From NCBI GenBank assembly GCA_965222375.1, contig CBDCTZ010000015.1:544001-608000 (forward strand): a stretch of 64,000 bases of DNA, given 5' to 3'. Within the stretch, counting starts at the first letter, position 1. The number at the start of each line of letters is the position of its first letter. Shown in pieces: positions 10,575 to 21,021 of this stretch. The notes beneath the pieces were generated by a model. It saw only the letters and a program-made list of their open reading frames with translations. It searched no databases and was not told the origin of the DNA. Source of the stretch: Polyangiaceae bacterium. Lineage in GTDB: Bacteria; Myxococcota_A; Polyangia; Polyangiales; Polyangiaceae. Position numbers and translations under genes: made by a program.

Positions 10575-10970
10575 ATGGGGAATCCGCGCGCGGGGCTGCC
10601 AACCATGCCAGACGGTGTGGCAGCGCAACACACACACTTGTCGGACGGCATAGGCCGATTGCGGGCCGAGCTCGCAAATGGCGCCAACTGGGAGTCTGTG
10701 GCGGCTCTCCTCGATGGGTTGCAGGCCGACATTCGAGCGCACTTCGCTGAAGAAGAAGCTGCGATGGAGAGCAGCGGCTACCCGGAATTCGAGGCCCACC
10801 GCCAGGAGCACGCTGCTTTCTCGGCAAGGATCCAGGCCTTGCGGGCCCGATGCGACGACCGCCAGACGGAGTTGATGAGCGTCCTCGCCGAACTGCTGCA
10901 TACCTGGTTCACCAGGCACGAAAGCACCTCCGACCGCCGAGCAGCCGAGTACTTGAAGGTCGAGTGGTGA
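10575..10970 (+). CDS. Single-domain hemerythrin-like protein
   Basis: QH..., HFAEEEAAM..SGYP...HRQEH, WFTRHESTSD. Confidence 0.8.
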   Translation: MGNPRAGLPTMPDGVAAQHTHLSDGIGRLRAELANGANWESVAALLDGLQADIRAHFAEEEAAMESSGYPEFEAHRQEHAAFSARIQALRARCDDRQTELMSVLAELLHTWFTRHESTSDRRAAEYLKVEW

Positions 10971-11090
10971 TCGGACGCGACTCGAAAATCGGCGCATGTT
11001 GTCGACCGACGCACGCTGCTCGTCTCGATTGAGCGCGGTCGAGGGCAATCGGAACTTGTGTCCCATGCACTGAGGTCACATGCTTCAGGC

Positions 11091-12635
11091 ATGGCTTGGC
11101 ATAGACTCCTACTCCCACCCTTGGTCTGTATGTCCGTCGCCCTAGGCTGCGGAAGTGACGATAGCGACGGCGGCGGTGCTGCCGGTACCGCCGGTATGGC
11201 TGGCACTGCCGGTTCAGCTGGCACTGCCGGTTCAGCTGGCACTGCCGGTTCAGCTGGTGCGGATGCTGGCTCTGGTGGTGACAGCGGCACTGTCAACTGC
11301 CCCGCACCAGCCAACGCTTCCGCCGCAGCACCCGTGGCTGGAACCAGCCGGGGCCTTTGGGTCCAGTCCGTGGAGAAGCTGGAGAACATCCTGCTACTCG
11401 CCGGTGACCCCAAAGGTGGCGCGTTTGTGGTCATGGGGATGACTTCGAACGGCGAGGCCATCACGGTCGGCACGGATACCGTTTACCCGGGAGGCGCCGC
11501 GACCGACCTCCTTGCCGTCATACGCTTTGACCCGGATGGCAACATCGTCTGGGCCAAAGCCATCACGCCGAAAGTTCCCAATGTCGGCTGGGGGCCGGAG
11601 GCGCGGCTCGTCGGCGCCGACGGCGCTGTCATGATCGCTATGGGCATTAGCGGCGAAGTCGACGTCGCAGGCACTTCGGTGAACGCTGCAGCGGCCCAGA
11701 CGCTCCTGGTTGCCCGGGTTTCGCAGGCGGGTGCGGATTGGACCACGACCTTCGGCGCGGTCGAGGCAAAGCCCCAGGGCGCCGCGCCAGATTCACAAGG
11801 CGGGGCAGCCTTGGGCTTGGCATACGAAGCCCCGGTGGATCTCGGCGGTGGCGTCCGAGACTGCAGTCCGATCATCTTGCGAATCGACCAGACTGGAAAG
11901 CGACTTTTTGATCGCTGCATGAGCACGCTCAAGCCGGGGTTCTTCGAGCTCGATGGGTTGGCGATCGACGCGACCGGTGACATGCTCGCTTCGGGTTTCC
12001 CCCTAGGCCCCGTCGATGTGGGCACCGGGCCGATTTCCGTGGATGCGAACGGAGGCGCATCGGTTCTATTCAAGATGTCTGGCTCCGACGGTAAGGCCCA
12101 GTGGTCGACGGTTTTCAAGGGGAACTACAGTCGCCAGATCGGGACGGACGCCCAGAACAACATCCTAACCATCGGGCACGTCCCGAACTACAATGATGAA
12201 TCGCTGATTGCCGATGACAGCGTCAAAGGATGCACCCGCGACGATACCTACGACTACCACCTCACCAAGTTAGATAGCGCTGGCAAACGTCTGAGCACCG
12301 TTTTCTTCAGTGACGCGCGCGCCGTGGCCTTCTCGCCCGACGGTCGTACATACGTAGCGCCAATTCGAGACGGAACACCCTTCGCGCCGGGCCTGGACCC
12401 ACCAACCAAGCGGAAGCTCGTAGCAATCAACCCGGACGGATCCGTCGCCTTCTTGCAGGACATGGACGCCGACGGAAGTGGCAATTTGGGTAGTCCGGCG
12501 CTCGCCCTGGATGGGCTCGGCAATCTCTACGTGCTTGCCAACCTCACGGGTACGTTGAGCCTCGACAACGGAAAGAGCACGACCGTGGCCAGTGGCTTCG
12601 GTGCGGCGCTCATGCGCTTCGACACCCAGCCCTGA
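11091..12635 (+). CDS. Beta-propeller lipoprotein with AGTAGS linker
   Basis: ALGC lipobox; repeated blades such as RFDPDGNIVWAK, LAIDATGDML and LALDGLGNLYV. Confidence 0.7.
   Translation: MAWHRLLLPPLVCMSVALGCGSDDSDGGGAAGTAGMAGTAGSAGTAGSAGTAGSAGADAGSGGDSGTVNCPAPANASAAAPVAGTSRGLWVQSVEKLENILLLAGDPKGGAFVVMGMTSNGEAITVGTDTVYPGGAATDLLAVIRFDPDGNIVWAKAITPKVPNVGWGPEARLVGADGAVMIAMGISGEVDVAGTSVNAAAAQTLLVARVSQAGADWTTTFGAVEAKPQGAAPDSQGGAALGLAYEAPVDLGGGVRDCSPIILRIDQTGKRLFDRCMSTLKPGFFELDGLAIDATGDMLASGFPLGPVDVGTGPISVDANGGASVLFKMSGSDGKAQWSTVFKGNYSRQIGTDAQNNILTIGHVPNYNDESLIADDSVKGCTRDDTYDYHLTKLDSAGKRLSTVFFSDARAVAFSPDGRTYVAPIRDGTPFAPGLDPPTKRKLVAINPDGSVAFLQDMDADGSGNLGSPALALDGLGNLYVLANLTGTLSLDNGKSTTVASGFGAALMRFDTQP
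11200..11257 (+). repeat. In-frame 18-bp tandem repeat (GCTGGCACTGCCGGTTCA x3) encoding AGTAGS
   Basis: Read directly from the sequence. Confidence 0.8.
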
Positions 12636-12787
12636 GCAGCCCCTGGGTGCAGGCGAGGCACGGGAGAAAACACGGCGCGCCGATGCACGCGACCAACTCG
12701 AGCGGCCGCACGAGCTTGCACTGTCTCGTCGTGCGCGCGTGGCGCGCGACACTTCTCGCTGGGCTCGCGGAAGTCCGGCGCCGTGCG

Positions 12788-13414
12788 TCAGCCGTTGTTC
12801 AACCCATGCTCCGCCATCACGGCTTCGTTCTTGGCCTCCGCGCGCTTTGACGCTGGCCGCGCCGAGATCCGTTCGACGTACTCGTCAAATGTCGGCTTGT
12901 GTTCGATCAGCTTGAACTGCAGCATGTAGCGAAGGGTCCCGCCGAAGATGACATCCGCCATGGAGAAACTGTTCCCAAGCACAAACTGCTTGCCGCGGAT
13001 CGCGGACTCCATGGCGCCGAGCATGCTCGCGTAGGTGCCCCACCCAGCACTGCTTGGCTTGAACTCCCACTTCGACATTTTCGCCATGGCACCCGGCTCG
13101 ATCACCGAGGGCGCAAACAGGGACCAGCGCAGGTAGGCACCTCGCCCAGGTGCGTCTGGCGCCGGAGCCAGCACGCCGGGTTTGTAACGGTCAGCGAGGT
13201 ACAGACCAATCGCCGCGGACTCGGTAGCGACCTCCTCGCCGTCCGTGATGATGGGCAGCTTGCCCATGGGGTTTAGAGCGACGACCTCGGGCTCCTTGTG
13301 CGCGCCCTTCATGATGTCGACGAAGCGCAGCTGATAGTCCACACCCACCTCCTCGAGCATCCAGACGACATTCGAAGCGCGGGTAAACGGATGATGGAAC
13401 AGGGTGATTGCCAT
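12788..13414 (-). CDS. Glutathione S-transferase family protein
   Basis: TRASNVVWMLEE, LNPMGKLP, TESAAIGLYLAD, FSMADV. Confidence 0.9.
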   Translation of the reverse strand: MAITLFHHPFTRASNVVWMLEEVGVDYQLRFVDIMKGAHKEPEVVALNPMGKLPIITDGEEVATESAAIGLYLADRYKPGVLAPAPDAPGRGAYLRWSLFAPSVIEPGAMAKMSKWEFKPSSAGWGTYASMLGAMESAIRGKQFVLGNSFSMADVIFGGTLRYMLQFKLIEHKPTFDEYVERISARPASKRAEAKNEAVMAEHGLNNG

Positions 13415-13539
13415 GAGGCACAGCATAGATCGAGAAACCGCTCCGGTCTTGGCGTACCTCGTCGAGGACGCGGAGGCCGCCGCTACCGGGCTGCGCGACA
13501 GGCACGTGGCTGAACACCGCCCCCGGTCCGGCTGATGGC

Positions 13540-14142
13540 TTGAACGCCGCCCCCAACCCATGGCATGCCAGCATCCGACGTGACGGACGACAAAAGAAGG
13601 CCGAGTTGGCGCGGCAAGGCGTGCGCGCAGCGGACTTGATTGAGCCTGGCAAGATCGCCAGCTCGGTCAAGGAGTCCATGGCCGATGGCGCGAGCAGCCT
13701 AGCGCTACGTGGCATCGCCGCCGTGGGCCGGCTGCGCGGTGGAGAGCGCTCACCCGCACGCAGCCGCGCTGTTGCCGCTGTCGACATCGACTTTCGCGAC
13801 TTCGACGTGGCCGAAGCCGCCGATTTCGAAGCACGGGTGCGAAAAGCGGCCGCACGCAAAGCAGAAGCCGACGACGCTGAGCGCCGGATGGACTTGGCAG
13901 TCCTGCGGCGCTCCTTCCCCGAAGAGTCGCGCGAACTCGCGCTCTTGATCTTCAACTGCGTCGACCTGCTCGAGGAGCTCTCCGAAGACGCAGAAGGCCA
14001 CCCCCCCAGCGCCGAAGAACTGAAGAACAAAGAGCTGCTGCTCCGCCGCATCGCCGAGCTGCTTGCCCCACGCGCCAGCGACGCCCTCACCAGCTTCGTC
14101 GATCACGTAACGAAGATCAGCCGCGTGTATCGCGAAAGCTGA
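13540..14142 (+). CDS. Hypothetical alpha-helical protein
   Basis: 200-aa ORF with typical codon usage and charged helices; start uncertain. Confidence 0.55.
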   Translation: MNAAPNPWHASIRRDGRQKKAELARQGVRAADLIEPGKIASSVKESMADGASSLALRGIAAVGRLRGGERSPARSRAVAAVDIDFRDFDVAEAADFEARVRKAAARKAEADDAERRMDLAVLRRSFPEESRELALLIFNCVDLLEELSEDAEGHPPSAEELKNKELLLRRIAELLAPRASDALTSFVDHVTKISRVYRES

Positions 14143-14464
14143 ATCGGGTTGGACACAAGCGTCGCGCGCACCCAGAACGCAAACGACGCTCCTTCGCTGG
14201 CGCGCTGGCGAAGGCGGGGGTACAGGGCTGACGGGCCGGCTCGGACGGCGATGCGCCACACTTCCGCTGCGCGCGAGGTGCCGATGACGGACTGGACCGG
14301 CACATTCAACCAACAAAACAAGATCGGGCGACGGCGGTTTCGCCCTGCCAAGCGAGCCCCGCGCGCGCGTCGTCGGCACGTCAATGGGCGCGTTTTGCCG
14401 GCTAGGCCGCATGTGTGACGCAGTTTGTCCTTGGCGCGAGCGGCTATCTTCTGTACGGGCGGGC

Positions 14465-15601
14465 ATGGCTGTCGCATCGATGGTTATCGAACGCGGCCAC
14501 TGGGAGCGCGCGCTATGCGGGCTCGCGGTTGTCGTGGCGCTGCTTTTCGCGAGCAATACCGCCCAAGCGCAGCCGCGTACGCACAAGGTCTATCCTGGGC
14601 AGCGGTTGGGCTCGATCGCAAAGCGGTATCGCGTCAGCGTCGCGGCGATCGCTCACGCTAACGACATCGCGAATCCCGCGAAGATCGCCCCGGGGAGAGT
14701 CCTGGTGATTCCCGATCGTGACGACGCGGACGGAAAGCGCGCACGCAAGGAGTTCGAAAAACGCCAGGATAGGCGAGCTAAGGCTGGCGAGGAGAAGCAG
14801 ACGCGCTCGAGTCCCAGGGCTGACGAGACGAAGAAGCGCTCCAAATCCAGGTCCGAAGAACGCGAGCGCGCGAAGCTGCACCGCGTCGCTCGCGGGCAGA
14901 GCTTGGGCGCCATCGCGCGCCGCTATCGGATACCGATTGCCGCTCTTTGCCATGCCAATGAGATCGAACGGCGCGACCCGTTGAAGGTTGGCATGCAGCT
15001 GGTCGTCCCGGCGCCGGGGGACGCCGACGGAAGCCGGGCGCGAGCAGCGAAAGCGCGACTACTCCGCGCGGACAAGCAAGCCCGCGCGCTGAAGCGTCGC
15101 GTGAACAAGAAGGGCTGGCGCAGATACGTGCGTACAGCGCGGCACAAAGGCTACGTGACGTTGCTAGGCCACCATGGCCGTTGGAAGGGCTATGTGATCG
15201 GCCGACGCGGAAAGCTGCTGCCCGCGGCTCGAAGGAGCATTGGAAAGTTGCTGGATCGGACCGGCAACGGGCCGCGGATCAACCCGCGTTTGATCCGTCT
15301 GATCGCCAAGGTCAGCGACAAATTCGGGGGGCGCCCCCTGCGCGTCGTCAGCGGCTTTCGCAAGAAATCCTTCATCGATGATTCACGCCACAGGCACGGC
15401 CGCGCCGTGGACTTTCATATCCCCGGCGTGCCCAACGAAGCCCTGCGCGACTACCTGCTCACCCTCGACAACGTGGGCGTCGGCTACTACCCCAACTCGA
15501 CCTTCGTCCACTTCGACGTGCGTCGAAACAAGACCTACTGGGTAGACCTAGCGGGCCCAGGTCAGCCCCCACGCTATGCCAAGGTGCTGCGCTTGGACTA
15601 G
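14465..15601 (+). CDS. 2xLysM + peptidase M15A (DUF882/YcbK-like) cell-wall protein
   Basis: HKVYPGQRLGSIAKRY, HRVARGQSLGAIARRY; VSGFR..SRHRHGRAVD; GVGYYPNSTFVHFDVR. Confidence 0.85.
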   Translation: MAVASMVIERGHWERALCGLAVVVALLFASNTAQAQPRTHKVYPGQRLGSIAKRYRVSVAAIAHANDIANPAKIAPGRVLVIPDRDDADGKRARKEFEKRQDRRAKAGEEKQTRSSPRADETKKRSKSRSEERERAKLHRVARGQSLGAIARRYRIPIAALCHANEIERRDPLKVGMQLVVPAPGDADGSRARAAKARLLRADKQARALKRRVNKKGWRRYVRTARHKGYVTLLGHHGRWKGYVIGRRGKLLPAARRSIGKLLDRTGNGPRINPRLIRLIAKVSDKFGGRPLRVVSGFRKKSFIDDSRHRHGRAVDFHIPGVPNEALRDYLLTLDNVGVGYYPNSTFVHFDVRRNKTYWVDLAGPGQPPRYAKVLRLD

Positions 15602-15841
15602 GGCCTAGGGAAGAAAGTACTACGGGTCGCCGCCTCCATGAGTGGTCATCGCCCACCGCTACCGCACGCGCCGCGCCGATGACGGACCCGGCAGATCCAA
15701 CCCACAACCAACTCCAGGCTGCGCTATCGTGCACCCACCAACGTAACGATTGTCCTGTACGACTTCGAGGGTCCGCTCGATTTTTCCACGCTTGAGCGTC
15801 CACCGCTCTGCGCGCTGCGCGCTCTACGGGTCGGTGGGTTC

Positions 15842-16618
15842 TTGCTGACACGGACGGGGTGGTCCCTGACCCCGCATGAACAACGGCTCAAGTTGTCGCT
15901 CGCAGGCAGCCAACCGCAGATCGACGTCGCCTCGGTGCGAGACGCCCTGGCGCATACACCGCCACAAGAACTCAAAATGTTCTCCGCTGCGCGCGAGCCC
16001 AGTCGCGACGCGGCACCCGACAAGCTCCAAGCCGCGCTCGGTCCCGGGCGGAGCTTGCCCCCAGAAGTGTGGAGCGGGCTCCGTGCAATCGATCGGCATG
16101 TGCTCGCGATGTTGGGTTCCAACGCTCGACTGCTCTGGCGCGCCATCGACGAAATGGGCGCTGCCGTTCGAACCGCTCCGGGGCATTCCACCCACGGAGG
16201 CTGGACCGGGGAACTGGCCCACGTGGAAATCCACATGAACGCTGATGGGATCGATGCGCTCCACCGTTCGAGCTTTCACGATGGGCGTGCCCTCGTGCTG
16301 GCGCGAGTCGCAGGCATCCGTGCCGCACGCCAGGCAGGCGAGCTGATGGACGTGTTCGCCCAAGTCATGACGGGTGCCGTCGAGCTGGGTTTCTGGGTGG
16401 CGCGAGATCCCGCCTCCCACGTGTTGTGCCAGGCGCACGTGAGCAGCGTAGACGGTGGGTTCTTTCGCGCGGGGTCACTCATGGCCGCATCAGCGGCGGC
16501 GGCAACTCTTGCGGCTTTGGTTCAAGAATTCGATCCATCCGTCATCATGCAAAAGGGCAGGATCGTCGAAGAATCCTGGCTGGTCGGCGACGACGACGAA
16601 GCGACCATCTGTCAGTAG
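15842..16618 (+). CDS. Hypothetical protein, 5' end uncertain
   Basis: 258-aa ORF; frame stays open upstream to about 15683 without a canonical start. Confidence 0.5.
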   Translation: MLTRTGWSLTPHEQRLKLSLAGSQPQIDVASVRDALAHTPPQELKMFSAAREPSRDAAPDKLQAALGPGRSLPPEVWSGLRAIDRHVLAMLGSNARLLWRAIDEMGAAVRTAPGHSTHGGWTGELAHVEIHMNADGIDALHRSSFHDGRALVLARVAGIRAARQAGELMDVFAQVMTGAVELGFWVARDPASHVLCQAHVSSVDGGFFRAGSLMAASAAAATLAALVQEFDPSVIMQKGRIVEESWLVGDDDEATICQ

Positions 16619-17289
16619 GCGGACGCCCAAACTGCCAAGCTCCGTGCCCGCAGGCGGACCGCTCCGTCTATGGCCTGAGCGTGCGCAGGCGAGGCAGCAG
16701 ACACAAACAGCGCACACCCGGTCCACGGCCACTTTCGTCCCATTTCGGCGAAGATACTATGCAGCTCACGCAGGGTACAGGCTTACGCCGTGGTGCATCC
16801 GCGTGTCCGCGTCCGATGTTGCACTACGTTGCCGCGTAGGTGTCGCATACATGTTGTACGTCAGCACGCGCAACGCGACGAAGCTCGGGCGGTCGGCGAT
16901 GCCGTTGCCTACTGGGTGCAGGGTGCGCCGTCGACGGAGTCGGCTACCTGGTCGTGCGGCGAATCCACATGGGACAAGAATCTGCCGACGGTTTGCGCTA
17001 CTCGATAGAATCGGACACCTAGCGGAAGGCGACCCCTTTCAACGCTCAACCCAGCCCGCATGAGGTGCCAATGCCGGACATGTCCGGCACGAGTCGCTCA
17101 GGCTTGACCGTGGTCAAGCTCATAGAGAGCCATGCTGCCCAAACCACGCGGGTCTGGGGATGGGTCGCCAGGCCCACCGAGCCCGGCGCTGATTCGCCCC
17201 AGGACGCGCGCGTCTCGGCTGCGCCGTTGTGTGCCAGAGAACTGCCGCGATTTTCAGTGCGGAGTCGCCGAAAACTCTGTGGCACAGCG

Positions 17290-17305
17290 AGGCACGAGCT
17301 TTGCT
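17290..17305 (+). promoter_or_regulatory. Putative sigma54 promoter AGGCACGAGCTTTGCT
   Basis: GG-N10-GC spacing with GGCACG and TTGCT, just upstream of ATG 17318. Confidence 0.55.
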
Positions 17306-17317
17306 CGCATTTCTTCT

Positions 17318-17827
17318 ATGGCACGTTGTCAGCTCGGTGGAGGCGTTCGCGCAATCCGCCACTTGCTGCCTTTGCTCGCGGGACTCGTACTTGCGTGTGG
17401 TGGCAGAGTGGTTCCAGACGACGGAAGCGGAACGGGTGCCAGCACCCGAGTCGACGGCGATGCGGGCTCAGGAGTCGACGCGGCGCAGGGAGCCGAGACA
17501 GGGCCGCCCACCTCGCCTGACACTGGACCACCACCAAAAACACCCTTTCCCTACTGCTCGAACCCTGGCAACGGATCGTGCACCTCAGACAACCACCCTA
17601 GCGATGAAAGCTGTGGAGCTTGTTCCTGCCGATGCTGTGACTGGACCGAGTACATCGAAGCCTGCAAGGCGTCTCCGGAGTGCAGCGCGTACCTGGCGTG
17701 TCTGCGCACCTGTACCGATGCGAACTGCACGAAGACGTGCCCCCTTCCGTGTCCGGCCAGCGAGACGGCTTGCATGTTGGCCGACTGTCACGCTTGGGTC
17801 TGCGGCCACGCTTGTGGCGTGTACTAG
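17318..17827 (+). CDS. Cys-rich lipoprotein
   Basis: LVLACGG lipobox; Cys-rich C-terminus (CKASPECSAYLACLRTC). Confidence 0.65.
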   Translation: MARCQLGGGVRAIRHLLPLLAGLVLACGGRVVPDDGSGTGASTRVDGDAGSGVDAAQGAETGPPTSPDTGPPPKTPFPYCSNPGNGSCTSDNHPSDESCGACSCRCCDWTEYIEACKASPECSAYLACLRTCTDANCTKTCPLPCPASETACMLADCHAWVCGHACGVY

Positions 17828-17881
17828 GCAGAGCGCGGAAGTAGCTAGATGCATGCCCACGGAATTGGAGAAAGACTCTCC

Positions 17882-18375
17882 AACTTCGCAGGGAAAGGGT
17901 TCGCGCACCACGAGGTTGCACGCCGGTTGCGGCGCCTGGCAACGCCCCGAGGGCAGCACGTCCGAATCCTTGCGGCTGACATCGTCCGTCGTCACGTGCA
18001 CGCACTGCGCGAATCCGCCGGGTGGCTCGGCATCACTGGACTCGGTCGAACCACAAGCCGCTCCCCAGCACGCGGCGAGCGCGATCGCAACGAGGCCCCT
18101 CGACTTGCGCCCTGCCCTTGGTGCCCCGCCGGCGACGAGCCGCTTCATCGTGAGCGCGCTACCCTTGGTCTCCAGACGGCAACGCCGCTTCACCCGCTGC
18201 CAATGCGTGCTCCCCCGCGGTCGTCACCAGCGCGCCGTTCCACCATTCGAAGTCGCGGCCCATCGGATCCCCCGAAGGAAAGAACACCAGGTAGCTCATG
18301 GCATCGAAGGCGAGGAAGCTCGGTCGCCCGCCGATGCCGTGGCCGATCTGGTGCAGGGTGCGCCAGGTGCCGGTG
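17882..18375. repeat. Direct repeat, copy 1 of ~494 bp (duplicated 3' end of phosphoesterase plus 5' part of downstream lipoprotein gene)
   Basis: Aligns without gaps to 20755-21248 (offset 2873); about 18 substitutions counted by eye. Confidence 0.95.
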
Positions 18376-18456
18376 GGGCTGCCCCCCCTCCTGGAGGGGG
18401 AGGGTCTCGCGATGGGAGGGCAAGGCCCAGCCGCTCCGGCGGGCCGGGAGGAAATC

Positions 18457-18797
18457 ATGCATCGCACGTCTCGCCCTTGTCCTCGAATCGCTCGCTTCGC
18501 TCACGAACGCCGTCGACATCCGACGTTTTCGGAGGCCAAGCTCTGGTCGCGCTTGCAGGGCAGCCAACTTGGGGTTGCCTTCAGGCGTGAGTTTGTTGTC
18601 GGCCGGTACATCGTCGACCTCTGTGCACCCTCGCGAAGGCTCGCCGTGGAAGTTGACGGTGGGTATCATGCTCACACCGTAGCGCGGGATGCCCGCAGGG
18701 ACCGCGCGCTGGGTGGCGCGTACCTCGGCTGGATGCTGCGCTCGTTGTGGCGGATGTTGAGGCAGCGGTAGCGCTGGTGCGCGAATCCCTTTCGTGA
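18457..18797 (+). pseudogene. DUF559 (Vsr-like PD-(D/E)xK nuclease) gene, frameshifted near 18712
   Basis: GGAGG RBS; TFSEAKLWSRL, FRRE..GRYIVD, LAVEVDGGYH, RDARRDRAL. The expected tail GWRVPRLDAALVVADVEAAVALVRESLS* is in another frame. Confidence 0.75.
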
Positions 18798-18891
18798 GCC
18801 ACACCGCACCGATGTTGCTCAGTGCGTGGCCGTGCGCCAGCGGCACGCCGCCACTTCGCCACGTTGTCCAGCTCCGGACGCGCAGTCGTGC

Positions 18892-20112
18892 CTAGGGCAA
18901 CTGCGAAAGCAGCGTCCACAGTGGCACGACGCATGGCTCGCTGCGTTCGAAGCAGCTCCGCGCCACGTGCGGCAGATCCATCACGGCCTGAAAAGCGTGG
19001 GACGCACCGGTCTGACGTTGGAAGTAGGCCAGGTGAGGCGACAACGTGGCGTCGGTCAGCTTCACCTCTACCAGAAACCACGGCTGGCCATCGCGGATGA
19101 CCGCGAAGTCAACCTCGCGTTTGGCCTTGTCACGTAGGTAGCGGAGCTCGAAGTCTCCGAATCCGAGATCGTTCCAAGTATGAACGGCCTTGAGCAAGTG
19201 ACACGCAACGAGAGTCTCGGCGCGCGGCCCAGGTTCTTTGACCATGGACCAATCCGTCAGGAACCAGCGCGGTTCTTTGCGCAACGCCTTCTTGACGTTG
19301 CGGAACCAGGGTCGGACCGTGAATCCTAGGTACATCGCGGTGAGCGTGGAAACCCAGCGACGAATGGTGTCGACGGAGGCATCCAGGTCGCGCGCCAGCG
19401 AAGCGTAGTTGAGCTGGGTCGCGGAGCCGTGGGTCAACAACTCGACCAGCGTCGCAACCCGATCGATGTCGGCGATCTGGGTCAGATCACGTAGGTCATG
19501 CCGCACCAGCTGCTGCGTGCGCAGCCGGCGCCAACGTCGGGAAAAGGCGGCGTCAACGTGTAGGAAGGGCTCGGGAAATCCGCCGTGATCGCGAAGGGCG
19601 GCAAGTTTCGCGGTGGGCAGCCTGGCGGGTGGGGCTATTGGCACAGCGTCCTGGGGAGGCTCCGCACGAATCAACTCGCCGAGCGACAGCGGGTGCATGC
19701 GGTACAGGAAGTACCGGCCCATGAGGCTGTCGCCCCCTCTGCGGAAGACGTCGAATCGGCTGCTTCCCGTCACGATCACGCGACAGCGATCCCCGTACTT
19801 GTCGAAGAACCCCTTCAGGAATTCGCGCCATCGCCGGTGCTTGTGCAGCTCGTCGAAAACGACGACTGGGGTCTGGGCGGTGAGTCGTTCGAGCGAGATC
19901 TCGGATGCGACCTGTGCCGGACCTTTCAGGATACGGCGGCGGTCATCCACATCATCCCAGCTCATGTAGTGACTACTCTGGCCGCGACACGTCGTGGTCT
20001 TGCCAACCTGCCGAGCGCCGGTGACAAACGCCATCTGCCTCAGGTTCTTCAGATGGAGCTGCAGCACGCCGTCGTAGAGCCTGGGATGGGCACGGACCAT
20101 TTTACGGACCAC
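18892..20112 (-). CDS. AAA+ ATPase (AAA_14) with DUF4143 and C-terminal PD-(D/E)xK-like motif
   Basis: GARQVGKTT, VVFDELH, VTGSS, DSLMGR, GGFPE, REVDF...LVEVK. Confidence 0.9.
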   Translation of the reverse strand: MVRKMVRAHPRLYDGVLQLHLKNLRQMAFVTGARQVGKTTTCRGQSSHYMSWDDVDDRRRILKGPAQVASEISLERLTAQTPVVVFDELHKHRRWREFLKGFFDKYGDRCRVIVTGSSRFDVFRRGGDSLMGRYFLYRMHPLSLGELIRAEPPQDAVPIAPPARLPTAKLAALRDHGGFPEPFLHVDAAFSRRWRRLRTQQLVRHDLRDLTQIADIDRVATLVELLTHGSATQLNYASLARDLDASVDTIRRWVSTLTAMYLGFTVRPWFRNVKKALRKEPRWFLTDWSMVKEPGPRAETLVACHLLKAVHTWNDLGFGDFELRYLRDKAKREVDFAVIRDGQPWFLVEVKLTDATLSPHLAYFQRQTGASHAFQAVMDLPHVARSCFERSEPCVVPLWTLLSQLP

Positions 20113-20196
20113 CGTATCATAGACCGGACTATTTTACGATGATGCAGATTTTGGTCCCGCGCCGCGGGCTGAGTCTTCGGGACTTTCCAGGCGAAA

Positions 20197-20649
20197 GGGA
20201 TCCACGGCTACTCGAAACGCGAACCCTGGAGCAGCGACGGGGCGCTGATCTATATCGACCCAGGACAGACGTTGCTCTCCGACCCAACTTACAAGAAGGT
20301 CGGTAACGTCGCGGCGAGTGGGGAGCTACGTTGGTCCAACATCACCGCCAATCGAATGTGGAACGTGGACATCAACGCCAGGCAAATCAACCGCATCAAT
20401 GTCGTGCCCGGCACGCCCACCACCACGACCAAGACGACCCTGACGACACTTTCGGAGTTCGACCAGCTCTACCTCGGACCTTGGGAAGGCAACCTGGACG
20501 ACGCGGACAAGTACCTCGCGGTGTTGGGCAAGAAGGGCACTGCCGCGACTGCCGTAGTCTGGGATCTCGCGCAGAACCTGGAGGTCGGCCATCGATTGGA
20601 TCTCGATTTCACCCTCGGGCAAGTACGTGGTGGTACAGACGAGCGGTAG
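20197..20649 (+). pseudogene. Internal fragment of a beta-propeller-like secreted protein
   Basis: GIHGYSKREPWSSDG... with an in-frame TGA at 20170 and no start codon before the conserved-looking part; collides with the opposite-strand lipoprotein. Confidence 0.4.
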
Positions 20650-21021
20650 CGGTATCGGGTGCCCAATCGGGCAAATCCCGGCGTCCTGAGAGGTCAGCTC
20701 ACATGCCCACAGCCCTTCCCTGCATGAGCGCGCATAGAATTTCCGCGGAACCTGAACTTCGCAGGGACAGGGTTCGCGCACCACGAGGTTGCACGCCGGT
20801 TGCGGCGCCTGGCAACGCCCCGAGGGCAGCACGTCCGAATCCTTGCGGCTGACATCGTCCGTCGTCACGTGCACGCACTGCGCGAATCCGCCGGGTGGCT
20901 CGGTGTCACTGGGTTCGGTCGAACCACAAGCCGCTCCCCAGCACGCGGCGAGCGCGATCGCAACGAGGCCCCTCAACTTGCGCCCTGCCCTTGGTGTCCC
21001 GCCGGCGACGAGCCGCTTCAT
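20326..21021 (-). CDS. Cys-rich lipoprotein; 3' part probably truncated or chimeric
   Basis: MKRLVAGG..ALAACWGAACG, then Cys-rich to GICP; beyond ~20650 it reads antisense to the propeller fragment. Confidence 0.45.
   Translation of the reverse strand: MKRLVAGGTPRAGRKLRGLVAIALAACWGAACGSTEPSDTEPPGGFAQCVHVTTDDVSRKDSDVLPSGRCQAPQPACNLVVREPCPCEVQVPRKFYARSCREGLWACELTSQDAGICPIGHPIPLPLVCTTTYLPEGEIEIQSMADLQVLREIPDYGSRGSALLAQHREVLVRVVQVAFPRSEVELVELRKCRQGRLGRGGGRAGHDIDAVDLPGVDVHVPHSIGGDVGPT

Noticed and set aside
15638..15682. In-frame ATG...TGA upstream of ORF 15842 as selenocysteine or readthrough
   Set aside because: No Cys/redox context and no evident SECIS; an alternative start or a 5' lesion is simpler.
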